A program made the translations under genes and the position numbers. DNA of 64,000 nucleotides from Gammaproteobacteria bacterium (lineage in GTDB: Bacteria; Pseudomonadota; Gammaproteobacteria; VBWC01). The notes below the pieces were generated by a model. It searched no databases. It saw only the letters and a program-made list of their open reading frames with translations, and had not been told where the DNA came from. This document shows positions 1-10,680 of this stretch, one piece after another (position 1 is the first letter of the stretch; every line of letters starts with the position of its first letter). Where the stretch lies: positions 117,251-181,250 of the forward strand of contig VBWC01000003.1 in NCBI GenBank assembly GCA_006218035.1, in the 5' to 3' direction.

Positions 1-48
1 GCATGGACGTTGCTGTGTCTTGGGCAACACAAACCACGAGGTGGGCAC

Positions 49-453
49 ATGGCAGGCGTCATCGACAAAGCGTTCGGAATCCATGCAGAGGCGGTAGGCC
101 TGCGGGCGCGCCGCGCAGAGGTGCTGGCCACTAATCTCGCCAACGCGGACACACCGGGTTTCAAGGCGAAAGACGTCGATTTTCGCGCGGAGATTGAACG
201 CCTGCAGAACAACGATCAGTTCCGCGGCACGCTGATGACCACCGACTCGGCCCATATTGCGTTGAGTGACGGCGCCATGGGCGGAATGGAAACACTGTAC
301 CGGAATCCATTGCAACGCTCGCTCGATGGCAACACCGTGGAAGCCCAGGTCGAACAGGCCGAGTACATGCGTAATGCCCTGCAGATGCAGGCCAGCCTGA
401 GGTTTCTGGATGGCCGTATCAAGGGCCTGATGACGGCGATACGAGGAGAGTAA
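49..453 (+). CDS. flgB: flagellar basal-body rod protein FlgB
   Basis: The N-terminal AHAEAVGLRARRAEVLATNLANADTPGFKAKDVDF rod-protein motif is present. The ORF-track start at 10 was trimmed to the ATG at 49, which follows a GAGGTGGG ribosome-binding site. The gene sits in conserved order ahead of flgC. Confidence 0.9.
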   Translation: MAGVIDKAFGIHAEAVGLRARRAEVLATNLANADTPGFKAKDVDFRAEIERLQNNDQFRGTLMTTDSAHIALSDGAMGGMETLYRNPLQRSLDGNTVEAQVEQAEYMRNALQMQASLRFLDGRIKGLMTAIRGE

Positions 454-456
454 CCG

Positions 457-873
457 ATGTCGTTCTTTAGTATTTTTGATATCGCAGGCAGCGGCATGAA
501 CGCGCAATCGGTGCGCTTGAATATCGTGTCGAGCAATCTTGCCAATGCACAAAGCGTCGCCGGATCGCCTGCGCAGGCGTATCGGGCGAGGCATCCGGTT
601 TTCACGACTATACTAAACGAGCAGTTCGGCAATGACGCTGCGTCTGTCGGCGTCGCCGTCACCGATGTTATCGAAAGCCAGGTCGCTGTCGAAAAGCGCT
701 ATGCGCCGGATAATCCGATCGCGGACAAGGACGGCTATGTCTACACATCGAACGTCAATACCATCGAGGAGATGGCGAACATGATTTCCGCCTCGCGTTC
801 GTTTCAGCAGAACGTTGAGGTGATCGAAACAGCGAAGCAGCTGTTTCTGAGAACTCTGATGCTGGGTCAGTAG
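457..873 (+). CDS. flgC: flagellar basal-body rod protein FlgC
   Basis: The 138-aa product carries the SNLANAQSV and ANMISASRSFQ rod-family motifs. It starts 4 nt after the flgB stop. Confidence 0.92.
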   Translation: MSFFSIFDIAGSGMNAQSVRLNIVSSNLANAQSVAGSPAQAYRARHPVFTTILNEQFGNDAASVGVAVTDVIESQVAVEKRYAPDNPIADKDGYVYTSNVNTIEEMANMISASRSFQQNVEVIETAKQLFLRTLMLGQ

Positions 874-891
874 CGCTAACGGAGCCGATGC

Positions 892-1557
892 ATGAATACG
901 ATTGATTCAAAGGTGCTGGCCGATCTTGGGGTTGCGGCCAACCCCCAGCCAAAGAAAAGCGAGCTTGGCCAGGACGCTTTTTTGAAGTTGATGATTACGC
1001 AGCTGCAGAATCAGGATCCGTTCAAGCCGATGGAGAACGGCGAATTCCTGACCCAGATCGCGCAGTTCAGCAGCGTTACCGGCATCGACAATCTTAACAA
1101 GTCGTTTAGCTCGGTCGCGAGCGCTTTGTACTCCAACCAGGCACTGCAGGCGTCGGCGCTGGTCGGACGCTCGGTGCTGGTGCCCGGCGACCAGATGAAG
1201 ATAGCGGACGGTGGCGAAATGAAAGGCGCTGTGGAACTACCTGCAAGCAGTGACAAGGTCACAGTAACGATTCTGGATCGTTCCGGCCAGCCGATTCGCC
1301 AGCTCGACCTCGGTATACGCGAGAAGGGCATGGTCGAATTTGCGTGGGACGGCCGCGATCAGGCAGGCAGCAGAGTCGCCGAAGGCACGTATAAAATCGT
1401 GGCCAATGCGAGCGTAGGCGGTCAGATGACCGCACTTAACGGATTTATTCAGGCACCGGTCGAGAGCGTTACGCTGCTGTCCGGTGGCCAGGGGATTACC
1501 TTGAATCTTGGTGGCGTCGGGGAACGTTCCTTCAGCGACATCAAGAAAATCATGTAG
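892..1557 (+). CDS. flgD: flagellar hook capping/assembly protein FlgD
   Basis: The product has the FlgD N-terminal motif QDAFLKLMITQLQNQDPFKPMENGEFLTQIAQFSS. It lies between flgC and flgE. Confidence 0.9.
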   Translation: MNTIDSKVLADLGVAANPQPKKSELGQDAFLKLMITQLQNQDPFKPMENGEFLTQIAQFSSVTGIDNLNKSFSSVASALYSNQALQASALVGRSVLVPGDQMKIADGGEMKGAVELPASSDKVTVTILDRSGQPIRQLDLGIREKGMVEFAWDGRDQAGSRVAEGTYKIVANASVGGQMTALNGFIQAPVESVTLLSGGQGITLNLGGVGERSFSDIKKIM

Positions 1558-1587
1558 TGGAAACGGCAATAGTCGAGGAGAACAATC

Positions 1588-2829
1588 ATGCCATTTCGTG
1601 CAGCACTTAGCGGATTAAACGCCGCCCAATCGGATCTGCGGGTGATCGGCAACAACGTTGCCAATGCGGCGACAACCGGTTTCAAGAAATCGCGCACCGA
1701 GTTTGCCGACGTGATCGCGGCGTCCAATTTCGGTGCCAGCGGCAACGCGATCGGCAGCGGTGTGCGCGTGGCGAACATCGCGCAACAGTTTTCCCAGGGC
1801 GTCGTCAGTTTTACGGACAACAACCTCGACCTCGCGATCAGCGGCGGTGGATTTTTTGTACTGGACGATAACGGAACACGCGCCTATACGCGCGCCGGTA
1901 ACTTCGGTATTGACCAGAGCGGCGGCCTTGTCAATGCGCTGGGCCAGTCGCTGGTGGCGTTCCAGGCGGATACCAACGGTAATATCACCGGCCAGACCGG
2001 GCCGTTGCAGCTGGATCTGTCGGATATCTCGCCGAAGGCAACAGCGGCGATCGAGGTTGGTATGAACCTCGATGCCAACACCGGAACGAACGCATTTTCA
2101 CCGGCCATCAATCCGGCCAACCCGGCCTCCTACGATACGTCGACGTCGCTGACGGTATTCGATTCACTCGGTCGTCCGCACCTGGGCACGGTGTATCTGC
2201 AAAAGGCCGCTGGCGCGGGGGTTTGGAACAGCGAACTCTATCTCGATGGTACCGCGGCCGGTAACCGGGTGGTGCCGACGGCCGGGTCGACGATTACCTT
2301 CGGTGCCGACGGCACGCTGAGCCTGCCCGCTGGCGGCACGCTTGCCTACAACGCGTTCGCCGTTGTGCCGGCCAATGCTCTAGCCCTGACGGTTGACTTC
2401 ACCGGCACGACGCCGTCAACGCAGTACGGCAGCGCGTTCAGTGTTAACAGCCTGCAGCAGGATGGCTACGCGACCGGCCGTATCAGCAGTATCGATATCG
2501 CCGAGAGTGGCTCGATTTCGGCACGCTTTACCAATGGTCAGACCCGGACGATGGGGCAGGTGGCGCTCGCCAACTTCACCAACCCGCAGGGTTTGCTGCC
2601 GCTTGGCGATAACGCCTGGGCAGAGGGCTTTACCTCGGGTCAGCCGCTCGTCAGCGCGCCCGGTACATCAAGTCTTGGTGTGATCCAGTCGGGCGCGCTC
2701 GAAGGATCGAACGTGGACATTACCGAAATGTTGGTCGGCATGATCACCGCGCAGCGTAACTTCCAGGCCAATGCGCAGGTCATCAGTACCGCCGATGCGA
2801 TTACCCAAACGATTATTAACATCCGTTAA
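1588..2829 (+). CDS. flgE: flagellar hook protein FlgE
   Basis: The 413-aa product has the rod/hook N-terminal ANNVANAATTGFK motif and the C-terminal GMITAQRNFQANAQVISTAD motif. Confidence 0.93.
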   Translation: MPFRAALSGLNAAQSDLRVIGNNVANAATTGFKKSRTEFADVIAASNFGASGNAIGSGVRVANIAQQFSQGVVSFTDNNLDLAISGGGFFVLDDNGTRAYTRAGNFGIDQSGGLVNALGQSLVAFQADTNGNITGQTGPLQLDLSDISPKATAAIEVGMNLDANTGTNAFSPAINPANPASYDTSTSLTVFDSLGRPHLGTVYLQKAAGAGVWNSELYLDGTAAGNRVVPTAGSTITFGADGTLSLPAGGTLAYNAFAVVPANALALTVDFTGTTPSTQYGSAFSVNSLQQDGYATGRISSIDIAESGSISARFTNGQTRTMGQVALANFTNPQGLLPLGDNAWAEGFTSGQPLVSAPGTSSLGVIQSGALEGSNVDITEMLVGMITAQRNFQANAQVISTADAITQTIINIR

Positions 2830-2866
2830 CCGATAGCGCTGTAACCAAACACGGAGACGCAGATAG

Positions 2867-3607
2867 ATGGATCGCATGCTCTATATCGCCATGTCCGGTG
2901 CCAGGCAAACCATGGCGGCGCAGGCGGTGAATGCGCAGAACCTCGCCAATGTGAGTACAGCGGGTTTCCGCGAAGACTTGCTGGCCTTTGCCAGTCAGGA
3001 AGTGCCCGGTGCGGGTCTGCCATCGCGTGTCTACAACACTGCCTATAGCGTTGGAACCAATCTGGCCCCCGGCTCGATACACACTACCGGTAACGATCTC
3101 GATATCGCCGTCAGTGGCGAGGGCTGGATCGCGGTACAGGCGCCCGATGGCACGGAGGCCTACACCCGCGCCGGTGATTTACGTTTCAACGGCGTCGGGC
3201 TGCTCACCACTGGTGCGGGCCATCCGGTGCTGGGCAACGGCGGGCCGATCGCGATACCGCCGGCCGAGACGATTGAAGTGGGGCGTGATGGCACGATCTC
3301 CATACGGCCCGTCGGGCAGGGACCGAATACGCTTGCGGTGGTCGACCGGATCAAGCTTGTGAACCCGCCTGCGAAGGGGATGGAGAAAGGCGCGGACGGC
3401 CTGATGCGCATCGCCGGGCGCGGCGACGCCAGTGCGGATGCCGGGGTCACGGTTGTATCCGGCGCGCTTGAGATGAGCAACGTCAATGCGGTCGACGCGC
3501 TGGTCAATATGATGGAGCTGTCGCGCCAGTTCGAGATGCACATAAAGATTATGAAGACCGCGCAGGAAAACGACGCGGCGTCGGTGCGGCTTCTGGGTAT
3601 GAGATAG
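2867..3607 (+). CDS. flgF: flagellar basal-body rod protein FlgF
   Basis: The 246-aa rod-family protein has the NLANVSTAGFRED motif and the C-terminal MMELSRQFEMHIKIM motif. It lies upstream of flgG. Confidence 0.9.
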   Translation: MDRMLYIAMSGARQTMAAQAVNAQNLANVSTAGFREDLLAFASQEVPGAGLPSRVYNTAYSVGTNLAPGSIHTTGNDLDIAVSGEGWIAVQAPDGTEAYTRAGDLRFNGVGLLTTGAGHPVLGNGGPIAIPPAETIEVGRDGTISIRPVGQGPNTLAVVDRIKLVNPPAKGMEKGADGLMRIAGRGDASADAGVTVVSGALEMSNVNAVDALVNMMELSRQFEMHIKIMKTAQENDAASVRLLGMR

Positions 3608-3663
3608 CGCCGCGGGGTTCAACGGATAATATTCGTATATCAGTCGTCTGAAGGAGTTTAGTG

Positions 3664-4452
3664 ATGAGTTCAGCATTATGGGTGGCAAAAACCGGTCTGG
3701 ATGCACAGCAGACCCGCATGGCGGTGATATCCAATAACCTCGCCAACACCAATACGACCGGTTTCAAGCGCGGCCGGGTAGTGTTTGAGGATCTGCTGTA
3801 CCAGAACGTGCGCCAGGTCGGGGCACAATCGTCGCAGGACACGCAGTTTCCGTCCGGTATGAACCTCGGTACCGGAGTGCGCGTGGTCGCGACTGAAAAA
3901 ATCTTTACGCAGGGTAACTTTATCGAAACCGGCAATTCGCTGGATGCCGCGATCAACGGCCGCGGATTTTTCCAGATATTGCTGCCGGACGGCACCGTCT
4001 CGTACACACGCGACGGACAGTTCCAGGTTAATGCACAGGGACAGATCGTCAACGCCAGCGGTCACCCGTTACAGCCGGCGATCACGGTGCCCGCCAACAC
4101 CATCAGCATCACGATCGGTACCGACGGCACGATATCGGCCGCGACGCAGGGACAGGCGCAGACCACCCAGATCGGTAATATCCAGGTGGCCGATTTCATC
4201 AATCCGGCCGGCTTGCAGCCGGTCGGGCAAAATCTGTTTCTTGAATCCGCTGCCAGTGGTTCTCCCCAGGCGGGGACGCCCGGCCTGAACGGGCTCGGGC
4301 AGTTGCAGGCGGGTAATGTCGAGAGCTCGAATATCAATGTTGTCGAAGAGCTGGTGAACATGATCGAGGCGCAGCGCTCATACGAAATGAACTCGAAAGC
4401 GATCTCGGCGACCGACAGGATGCTGCAATTCGCGGCACAGCAGCTGGGTTAA
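3664..4452 (+). CDS. flgG: flagellar distal rod protein FlgG
   Basis: It carries the [33 protein letters not shown] motif. An AAGGAG ribosome-binding site sits 7 nt upstream of the ATG at 3664. Confidence 0.93.
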   Translation: MSSALWVAKTGLDAQQTRMAVISNNLANTNTTGFKRGRVVFEDLLYQNVRQVGAQSSQDTQFPSGMNLGTGVRVVATEKIFTQGNFIETGNSLDAAINGRGFFQILLPDGTVSYTRDGQFQVNAQGQIVNASGHPLQPAITVPANTISITIGTDGTISAATQGQAQTTQIGNIQVADFINPAGLQPVGQNLFLESAASGSPQAGTPGLNGLGQLQAGNVESSNINVVEELVNMIEAQRSYEMNSKAISATDRMLQFAAQQLG

Positions 4453-4490
4453 CACGGTAAGTAACCGTTGATATGGGGAACGCAGCCACA

Positions 4491-5207
4491 ATGAACCGCT
4501 CCAAGAAGACCTCGATACCGGTAATTGCGCTGGCGATCGCGATGTCCTCCCTGGTCGGCGGGTGTGCCAGCAAGCCGGTGAAGGCGCTTCGGGGAGCGCC
4601 GGTTGCCGAGGTCGATAATTCTGCCTTGATGTCGATGCGCAAGGAAATTGAATACAAGAACGGCTCGATATACAGCGCTGGCCACGACGTCACGTTGTTC
4701 GAAGACGTCAAGGCACGTCATGTCGGGGACATATTGACTATAGTGCTGGCGGAACGTACCGACGCCAGCAAGAGTGCCAGTACCAAGACAAGCAAGAGTA
4801 ACGATTTTACTGCAGCGAACCCGACGCTGTTCGGACGTGGAGTGAGCATGAATGGCGGCCGAAACAATCTTGGCATGGGTCTTTCGTCGAGCGGCGATTT
4901 TTCGGGTGACGGCGATGCAAGTCAGAGCAACAGCCTGACCGGTAATGTCTCGGTGGTTATTACCGAAGTAATGCCGAACGGAAATCTGCGTATTGAGGGA
5001 CAGAAGGTACTGACCATCAACCAGGGCGATGAGCAGGTGCGCCTCGCCGGTCTCGTGCGGCCGGTCGATATCCGGTCGGACAACACGGTGCTGTCCGCGC
5101 ATGTCGCGAGTGCCCATTTTGTATACGCCGGGACCGGCGTGATCGCCGACGCAAACACCATGGGATGGCTGGGACGCTTCTTCAACAGTGGCTGGTGGCC
5201 GTTCTAG
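4491..5207 (+). CDS. flgH: flagellar L-ring lipoprotein FlgH
   Basis: The lipoprotein signal ends in the lipobox LVGGC. The [20 protein letters not shown] and [10 protein letters not shown] FlgH motifs are present. The start was chosen at the ATG giving MNRSKK; the ATG at 4473 is an alternative. Confidence 0.88.
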   Translation: MNRSKKTSIPVIALAIAMSSLVGGCASKPVKALRGAPVAEVDNSALMSMRKEIEYKNGSIYSAGHDVTLFEDVKARHVGDILTIVLAERTDASKSASTKTSKSNDFTAANPTLFGRGVSMNGGRNNLGMGLSSSGDFSGDGDASQSNSLTGNVSVVITEVMPNGNLRIEGQKVLTINQGDEQVRLAGLVRPVDIRSDNTVLSAHVASAHFVYAGTGVIADANTMGWLGRFFNSGWWPF

Positions 5208-5233
5208 ATGATACGCACGCACACGAGGTCGAT

Positions 5234-6346
5234 ATGAAAATCGGTTACGCAAGACAAGGAATGCTGTTGATCGCTTTGCTGGCCCTGGCCGGGGCCGCCT
5301 CCGCGGAGCGGATCAAGGACCTGGCGTCGATCGCCGGCGTGCGCAGCAACCAGCTCGTCGGTTACGGTATTGTGGTCGGTCTGGATGGTAGCGGTGACCA
5401 GACCAGTCAAACGCCGTTCACCACGCAGAGCATCATCAGCATGCTGGCACAATTCGGTGTCACGATGCCGCCGGGGTCCAGCCCGCAGCTGAAGAACGTT
5501 GCGGCCGTGTCTATTCATGCCGAGTTGCCGGCGTTCGCCAAGCCGGGACAGGAGATTGATGTAACGGTTTCTTCACTTGGTAATGCTAAGAGCTTGCGCG
5601 GCGGCAGCCTGTTGATGGCACCGCTGAAAGGCGCAGACGGCAAGGTGTATGCCGTTGCGCAGGGGAATCTGATCGTCGGCGGCCTGGGAGTGTCAGGCAG
5701 CGACGGCTCCAAGATTACGGTCAATATTCCCAGTGTGGGCCGCATTCCGAACGGCGCGATGATCGAACGACCGGCGCCGACCAAGTTCGGCGAGGAGCAG
5801 TATGTGGTGCTTAACCTGCATCGCCCTGACTTTACCACCGCCCGTCGTGTTTCCGAGGCGATCAATACAACGCTCGGTATGGAAGCGGCAAGCGCGCTTG
5901 ACGGTTCCTCGATCGGCGTAGCGGCGCCGCGCGACCTCGGCCAGCGGGTGTCGTTCGTGTCCATGCTTGAAAACCTGACTCTGGAACCGGGGATCGCACC
6001 GGCGAAAGTGATCATCAATTCGCGTACCGGCACCGTCGTCATCGGTCAGCACGTCCGGGTCACGTCCGCCGCCGTAACACACGGCAGCCTGACCGTCACG
6101 ATCACGGAACGACCGGTGATCAGCCAGCCAGCGCCGCTGGCGGCCGGAACCACGGTCGTCGCGCCAGCGGCTGATATCGAAATCAAGGAAGCAGGTGGCC
6201 ACATGTTTATGTTTGAACCGGGCGTATCGCTCGATGAAATCGTGCGCGCGGTAAATCAAGTGGGCGCCGCACCCGGGGACCTGGTCGCCATACTGCAAGC
6301 ACTGAAGGAGGCCGGCTCCCTGCGTGCCGAGCTGCTGGTGATTTGA
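5234..6346 (+). CDS. flgI: flagellar P-ring protein FlgI
   Basis: A signal peptide is followed by the [32 protein letters not shown] FlgI motif. The start was trimmed from the ORF-track coordinate 5165 to the ATG at 5234. Confidence 0.92.
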   Translation: MKIGYARQGMLLIALLALAGAASAERIKDLASIAGVRSNQLVGYGIVVGLDGSGDQTSQTPFTTQSIISMLAQFGVTMPPGSSPQLKNVAAVSIHAELPAFAKPGQEIDVTVSSLGNAKSLRGGSLLMAPLKGADGKVYAVAQGNLIVGGLGVSGSDGSKITVNIPSVGRIPNGAMIERPAPTKFGEEQYVVLNLHRPDFTTARRVSEAINTTLGMEAASALDGSSIGVAAPRDLGQRVSFVSMLENLTLEPGIAPAKVIINSRTGTVVIGQHVRVTSAAVTHGSLTVTITERPVISQPAPLAAGTTVVAPAADIEIKEAGGHMFMFEPGVSLDEIVRAVNQVGAAPGDLVAILQALKEAGSLRAELLVI

Positions 6347-6347
6347 T

Positions 6348-7313
6348 ATGACCACTGATATTTCGACAACGGACGTGTATACCGATTTCAAGGGTCTCGC
6401 CGAACTTAAGATGGCGGCGCGGCAGAACGCCCCGGAAGCACTGCAACAGGTCGCGAAGCAGTTCGAGTCGCTGTTCATGCAAATGGTACTGAAAAGCATG
6501 CGTGACGCGAACCTCGGCGAGGGAATTCTCGACAGTGACCAGGGGAAGTTCTATCAGGAAATGTATGACCAGCAGCTCGCCACGACGCTGCCCGAACGCA
6601 GCAGCCTTGGCCTCGCGGATGCGATAGTCCGGCAGCTTGGCGCCGGAATCCAGACGGATACCAAGCCGGCGGGGTTCGCCATGCCGGAGGTGGATGCGAA
6701 TCTATTGCAGGTTGCGCGGCTGCGAACCGCAGCGGTACCGGTGGTTAGTGCTGTATCCGTAACGCCAGGAACAGTGGATGTAGGGAGCGCCGGCGCAGGG
6801 ACGCGCTTTAACTCTCCGGCATCTTTTGTACAGACGATGTGGCCGTATGCCGAGAAGGTCGCCAGCTCACTGAAAGTAGCGCCGGAGGCCGTACTGGCAC
6901 AATCTGCGCTCGAAAGCGGCTGGGGCAATAAAGTTATTCTGCGCCCGGACGGCAGCAGTTCGTTCAATCTGTTCGGCATCAAGGCAAATGCTGACTGGCA
7001 GGGAGCCACGGTAACCGTGCCGACAGTGGAATACGTCGACGGCAAGCGCGTGACCATGCTTGACACCTTCCGCGCTTACGGTTCGTTTGCCGAGGGTTTC
7101 GCCGATTACATGGCATTCATCGGCGGCAATCCGCGCTACCACGCGGCGCTTGCTGCCGGCCGTGACCCCGCGGCATTCGGCCACGCGATGCAACAGGCCG
7201 GATACGCGACCGATCCGGAATATGGCAACAAAATCGCCCAGATTCTGCGCGGCGACGCCATGCAGCAGTCGGTGGCCCAGCTCAAGGGCGAAACCTACGA
7301 GCCGCTAATTTGA
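6348..7313 (+). CDS. flgJ: flagellar rod assembly protein / peptidoglycan hydrolase FlgJ
   Basis: The N-terminal rod-binding region (QFESLFMQMVLKSMR) is followed by a glucosaminidase-type domain (AQSALESGWGNK ... YATDPEYGNKI). The ATG overlaps the flgI stop. Confidence 0.88.
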   Translation: MTTDISTTDVYTDFKGLAELKMAARQNAPEALQQVAKQFESLFMQMVLKSMRDANLGEGILDSDQGKFYQEMYDQQLATTLPERSSLGLADAIVRQLGAGIQTDTKPAGFAMPEVDANLLQVARLRTAAVPVVSAVSVTPGTVDVGSAGAGTRFNSPASFVQTMWPYAEKVASSLKVAPEAVLAQSALESGWGNKVILRPDGSSSFNLFGIKANADWQGATVTVPTVEYVDGKRVTMLDTFRAYGSFAEGFADYMAFIGGNPRYHAALAAGRDPAAFGHAMQQAGYATDPEYGNKIAQILRGDAMQQSVAQLKGETYEPLI

Positions 7314-7397
7314 TGTAAAGGTGATCTGTATGCGCGATTCGTTACTCCACTGCCGGCAGCGTGATCGCACCGGCCTTCTGATCAAGAGTAAGCACTG

Positions 7398-9338
7398 ATG
7401 GCCGGTGGTTCCGATCCTTTTTCCATAGGGACCAGCGGTCTGCTGGCGTTTCAGCGCGGGCTGACGACGATCAGCCACAATATCGCCAACGTCGATACCG
7501 AAGGCTATAGCCGCCAGCGCGTGGAATTCTCGGCGCGTCCGCCGACACAGCTCGGCAATCTGATCGTTGGCTCCGGTGTCGAGGCAAGCAGCATACAGCG
7601 AGTCTACGACCAATTCCTCGTTCAGGACATACGCAACGACTCGTCACAGTTCAATCGTCACAAGGCGCTGGCGGACTACGCCACGCGGATCGATGAACTG
7701 CTGGCTGACGGCGGTACCGGTATCTCGTCGGTCATGGACAGCTTTTTCAATGCGGTCCAGGGCCTCGCCGATGACCCAGCGTCGACGCCGCGCCGAGACG
7801 TATTGCTCAGCGAGGCCAACAATCTTGCGACTCGTTTTAACTTTTTGTTCGAACGCACGCACCAAATAGAAACCTCGCTGAACGGGCGTATCGAGCAGAA
7901 TATCGGTGAAGTGAATACGCTGGCGACCGAGATAGCGGCGCTTAACACCAATATTTCCGAGGCGAGAAATCGTACGGGCGGTCAGCAGCCCAACGATCTT
8001 CTCGATCAACGCGACACGCTTTTGCTCCGGCTCAGTGAATTCGCCGCGATATCGACCGTCGAACAGGATGATGGCTCGGTCAACGTATCGTTGGGAAAGG
8101 GGCAGGCACTGGTAGTCGGCGGCGCAACCCAGAAACTGACGGTGATACGCGACCAGTACGATCCGACGCGGATTGACGTAGGTTACGGTGGAACCGGCAG
8201 CGCTAATGTCATATCCAGTCAATTGACCGGTGGCTCGATCGCCGGCCTGGTGGATGCGCGGCGCACCATTATCGACTCCAGCTACAACATGCTCGGTCGT
8301 GTCGCGATGGGTGTTGCGAAGACGTTTAACGAGCAGCATCAGCTTGGCACGGATCTGAATGGCAATCCGGGGGCGAAATTCTTCGCGGATATCGCAGCGA
8401 ATGCGCCACAGGCTCTGCCGAGTTCCCAGAATACCGGTACGGCGGCAATTAACGCGGACATTACCAATGTCGGCGCGGTGACGACCAGTGACTATCGCCT
8501 GACGCGTACGGCAGGCCCGGTGTATACCCTAACCAGACTGTCGGACAATACTTCGACGGATATCGGCGCGCTGGGTTTTCCGGGTGGTAGTGTTACCGTC
8601 GACGGGGTGACCTTGTCGCTGGCCTCCGGTGCGATGAGCGACGGCGACACGTTCCTGATCCGCCCGACACACAATGCGGCAAAGGATATTGCGGTGGCGT
8701 TGCGGGAAACGTCCAGTATCGCGGCGGCAGCGCCGATCCGCACTGCGGCTTCGCTCGGCAACAACGGCAGAGCCGTCGTCAGTCTCGGTGCGGTCAATGC
8801 TCCGCCACCGCCCAATGCCAATTTACAGCAGACGGTGACGATTACCTTCGATAACCCGCCGACCACGTTCGACGTTGTTGGCACGGGCACTGGTAACCCG
8901 ACCAACGTCGCGTATACCTCCTCGGGCAGCATCACCTATAACGGCTGGACCATACAGATATCGGGAGCGCCGGTCGCCGGTGATGTATTCACCGTGAGCG
9001 CCAACACTAGCGGCGTCGGTGATAACCGGAATGCGCTGCTGTTGGCGGATCTGCAGAAGCAGTTAACGCTCGAGAATGGCACTGCGACGTATCAGAACGC
9101 GTACGGCTCCTATGTTGCAAACGTCGGCACCACCACCCGTCAGGCGGAAATCAGCCGGGATGCGCAGCAAATCCTGTTGCAGAAATCGCAGGATACGCGG
9201 GAATCCTATTCCGGCGTGAATCTCGACGAGGAAGCGGCGGACCTGCTGAAGTTCCAGCAGCTATACCAGGCGACAGCAAAGATCATCTCGATCGCCGATA
9301 ACATGTTCCAGTCCTTGCTGGACGCGACGGCGAGGTAA
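7398..9338 (+). CDS. flgK: flagellar hook-associated protein 1 FlgK
   Basis: The 646-aa product has the N-terminal LLAFQRGLTTISHNIANVDTEGYSRQR motif and the C-terminal NLDEEAADLLKFQQLYQATAKII motif. Confidence 0.9.
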   Translation: MAGGSDPFSIGTSGLLAFQRGLTTISHNIANVDTEGYSRQRVEFSARPPTQLGNLIVGSGVEASSIQRVYDQFLVQDIRNDSSQFNRHKALADYATRIDELLADGGTGISSVMDSFFNAVQGLADDPASTPRRDVLLSEANNLATRFNFLFERTHQIETSLNGRIEQNIGEVNTLATEIAALNTNISEARNRTGGQQPNDLLDQRDTLLLRLSEFAAISTVEQDDGSVNVSLGKGQALVVGGATQKLTVIRDQYDPTRIDVGYGGTGSANVISSQLTGGSIAGLVDARRTIIDSSYNMLGRVAMGVAKTFNEQHQLGTDLNGNPGAKFFADIAANAPQALPSSQNTGTAAINADITNVGAVTTSDYRLTRTAGPVYTLTRLSDNTSTDIGALGFPGGSVTVDGVTLSLASGAMSDGDTFLIRPTHNAAKDIAVALRETSSIAAAAPIRTAASLGNNGRAVVSLGAVNAPPPPNANLQQTVTITFDNPPTTFDVVGTGTGNPTNVAYTSSGSITYNGWTIQISGAPVAGDVFTVSANTSGVGDNRNALLLADLQKQLTLENGTATYQNAYGSYVANVGTTTRQAEISRDAQQILLQKSQDTRESYSGVNLDEEAADLLKFQQLYQATAKIISIADNMFQSLLDATAR

Positions 9339-9344
9339 GCAGTC

Positions 9345-10538
9345 ATGCGCGTATCCACCGCATTCATGCACCAGCAGGCCATTAACATCATTCTTGATCA
9401 GCAGGCACGTGTCAACAAGACACAACAGCAGATTTCGACCGGCAAAAACGTTCTCAAGCCCTCGGATAATCCTGCCGCCTCGGCCGACATTATGTCGCTG
9501 GAGGAGGCCTTTGCGCGCAGCGTGCAGTATCAGGATAACGCCGAGCGTGCGCGCGCTCGCCTGGGCGTCGAGGAGACAGCGCTGGCCGATATTGCGAACA
9601 CCTTGCAACGACTGCACGAACTCTCGCTCCAGGCCAACAACGCAACGCAGAACGACACCTCGCGTGCGGCGATCGCCAATGAGGTGCGGCTCGTTCTGGA
9701 TGGTCTGATGGACCTCGCCAATCTTCAGGACCCGAATGGGGAATATATATTCTCGGGGTTCAAGACGCAGACGCCGGCGTACTCCCGCAGCGGGGGTGTA
9801 TATACCTATAACGGTGATCAAGGGCAGCGCTTCATCCAGATCGGATCGACCCGCCAGGTGGCGATGAGCGATCCGGGCACCGACGTCTTCTCCAGGATCA
9901 AGTCTGGTAACGGTACATTCTCGGCCAGTGAAAACCCGGCTAACACCGGGACCGGCATCATCGGGCCCGGACGAGTTGTCGGCGCAACCAGTTTTCCGGA
10001 AACCTATACCGTTAGCTTTTTGACCGCGACGACCTATGAGGTACGTGACAGCGGTGCCGGGCTGGTTGCCAGCGGTAACTACGTCGGTGGCGATTCGATC
10101 ACCTTCGCGGGTGTTGAGGTCAAAATAACCGGAGGCCCGGCCACCGGCGACAGTTTTACGGTAACGAACAGTGTGAATCAGGACATTTTCACGACGGTGG
10201 AGAAACTGGCTGCCGCACTTGAAACCAAGACCACGTCCACTGCCGACAAGTCTCACGTCCAGAATTCGATCACGCGGGAGCTGGCGAATATCGAGCGAGC
10301 GCTTGACAACGTACTTGATATCCGCTCGCGCGTTGGCGCAAGAATAAATGCGGTAGAAGATCAAAATAACGTCTCGGAGGGTATCAAGGCCAGCGTACAA
10401 ACTACGCTGTCAAGTATCCAGACGCTGGACCTTTCCGAGGCGGTGAGTCGCCTGAACCGGCAGCTGATCACGTTACAGGCGGCGCAAACGTCATTTCTGC
10501 GGGTTCAGCAGCTGTCGCTGTTCAATTCGATCGGCTAG
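9345..10538 (+). CDS. flgL: flagellar hook-associated protein 3 FlgL
   Basis: The termini are flagellin-like (MRVSTAFMHQQAINII ... NRQLITLQAAQTSFLRVQQLSLFNSIG). It directly follows flgK. Confidence 0.88.
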   Translation: MRVSTAFMHQQAINIILDQQARVNKTQQQISTGKNVLKPSDNPAASADIMSLEEAFARSVQYQDNAERARARLGVEETALADIANTLQRLHELSLQANNATQNDTSRAAIANEVRLVLDGLMDLANLQDPNGEYIFSGFKTQTPAYSRSGGVYTYNGDQGQRFIQIGSTRQVAMSDPGTDVFSRIKSGNGTFSASENPANTGTGIIGPGRVVGATSFPETYTVSFLTATTYEVRDSGAGLVASGNYVGGDSITFAGVEVKITGGPATGDSFTVTNSVNQDIFTTVEKLAAALETKTTSTADKSHVQNSITRELANIERALDNVLDIRSRVGARINAVEDQNNVSEGIKASVQTTLSSIQTLDLSEAVSRLNRQLITLQAAQTSFLRVQQLSLFNSIG

Positions 10539-10680
10539 CCGCGTCGTTTCGGCCGGCAAGATTGCCGTCCAGGGTATCCCCGCTATTCGCAAACCTTCTT
10601 TTCTGTCGCATCACGTAATATCATGCAGGAATTGCGTCACGCGGGTGGGCGTGTGAATTATTATTGGCGGGGAAGGGACG

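Noticed and set aside
10-48. N-terminal extensions proposed by the ORF track for flgB, flgI, rmlC, fliC, flaG, fleQ, fleS, fleR, fliE, fliH, flhA and cheW
   Set aside because: Internal starts with ribosome-binding sites, and homology beginning at the internal Met, indicate shorter true genes. The extensions overlap upstream genes or promoters.
216-662. Numerous long antisense ORFs overlapping flagellar genes, for example 216-662(-), 4449-5252(-), 9261-10400(-), 23306-24172(-), 26110-27069(-), 28612-29460(-), 35175-36413(-), 36232-37698(-), 39983-40975(-), 44797-45804(-), 58391-59596(-)
   Set aside because: These are typical high-GC frame artefacts. Their products are Arg/Pro/Gly-rich with no family resemblance, and each is fully covered by a well-supported gene on the + strand.
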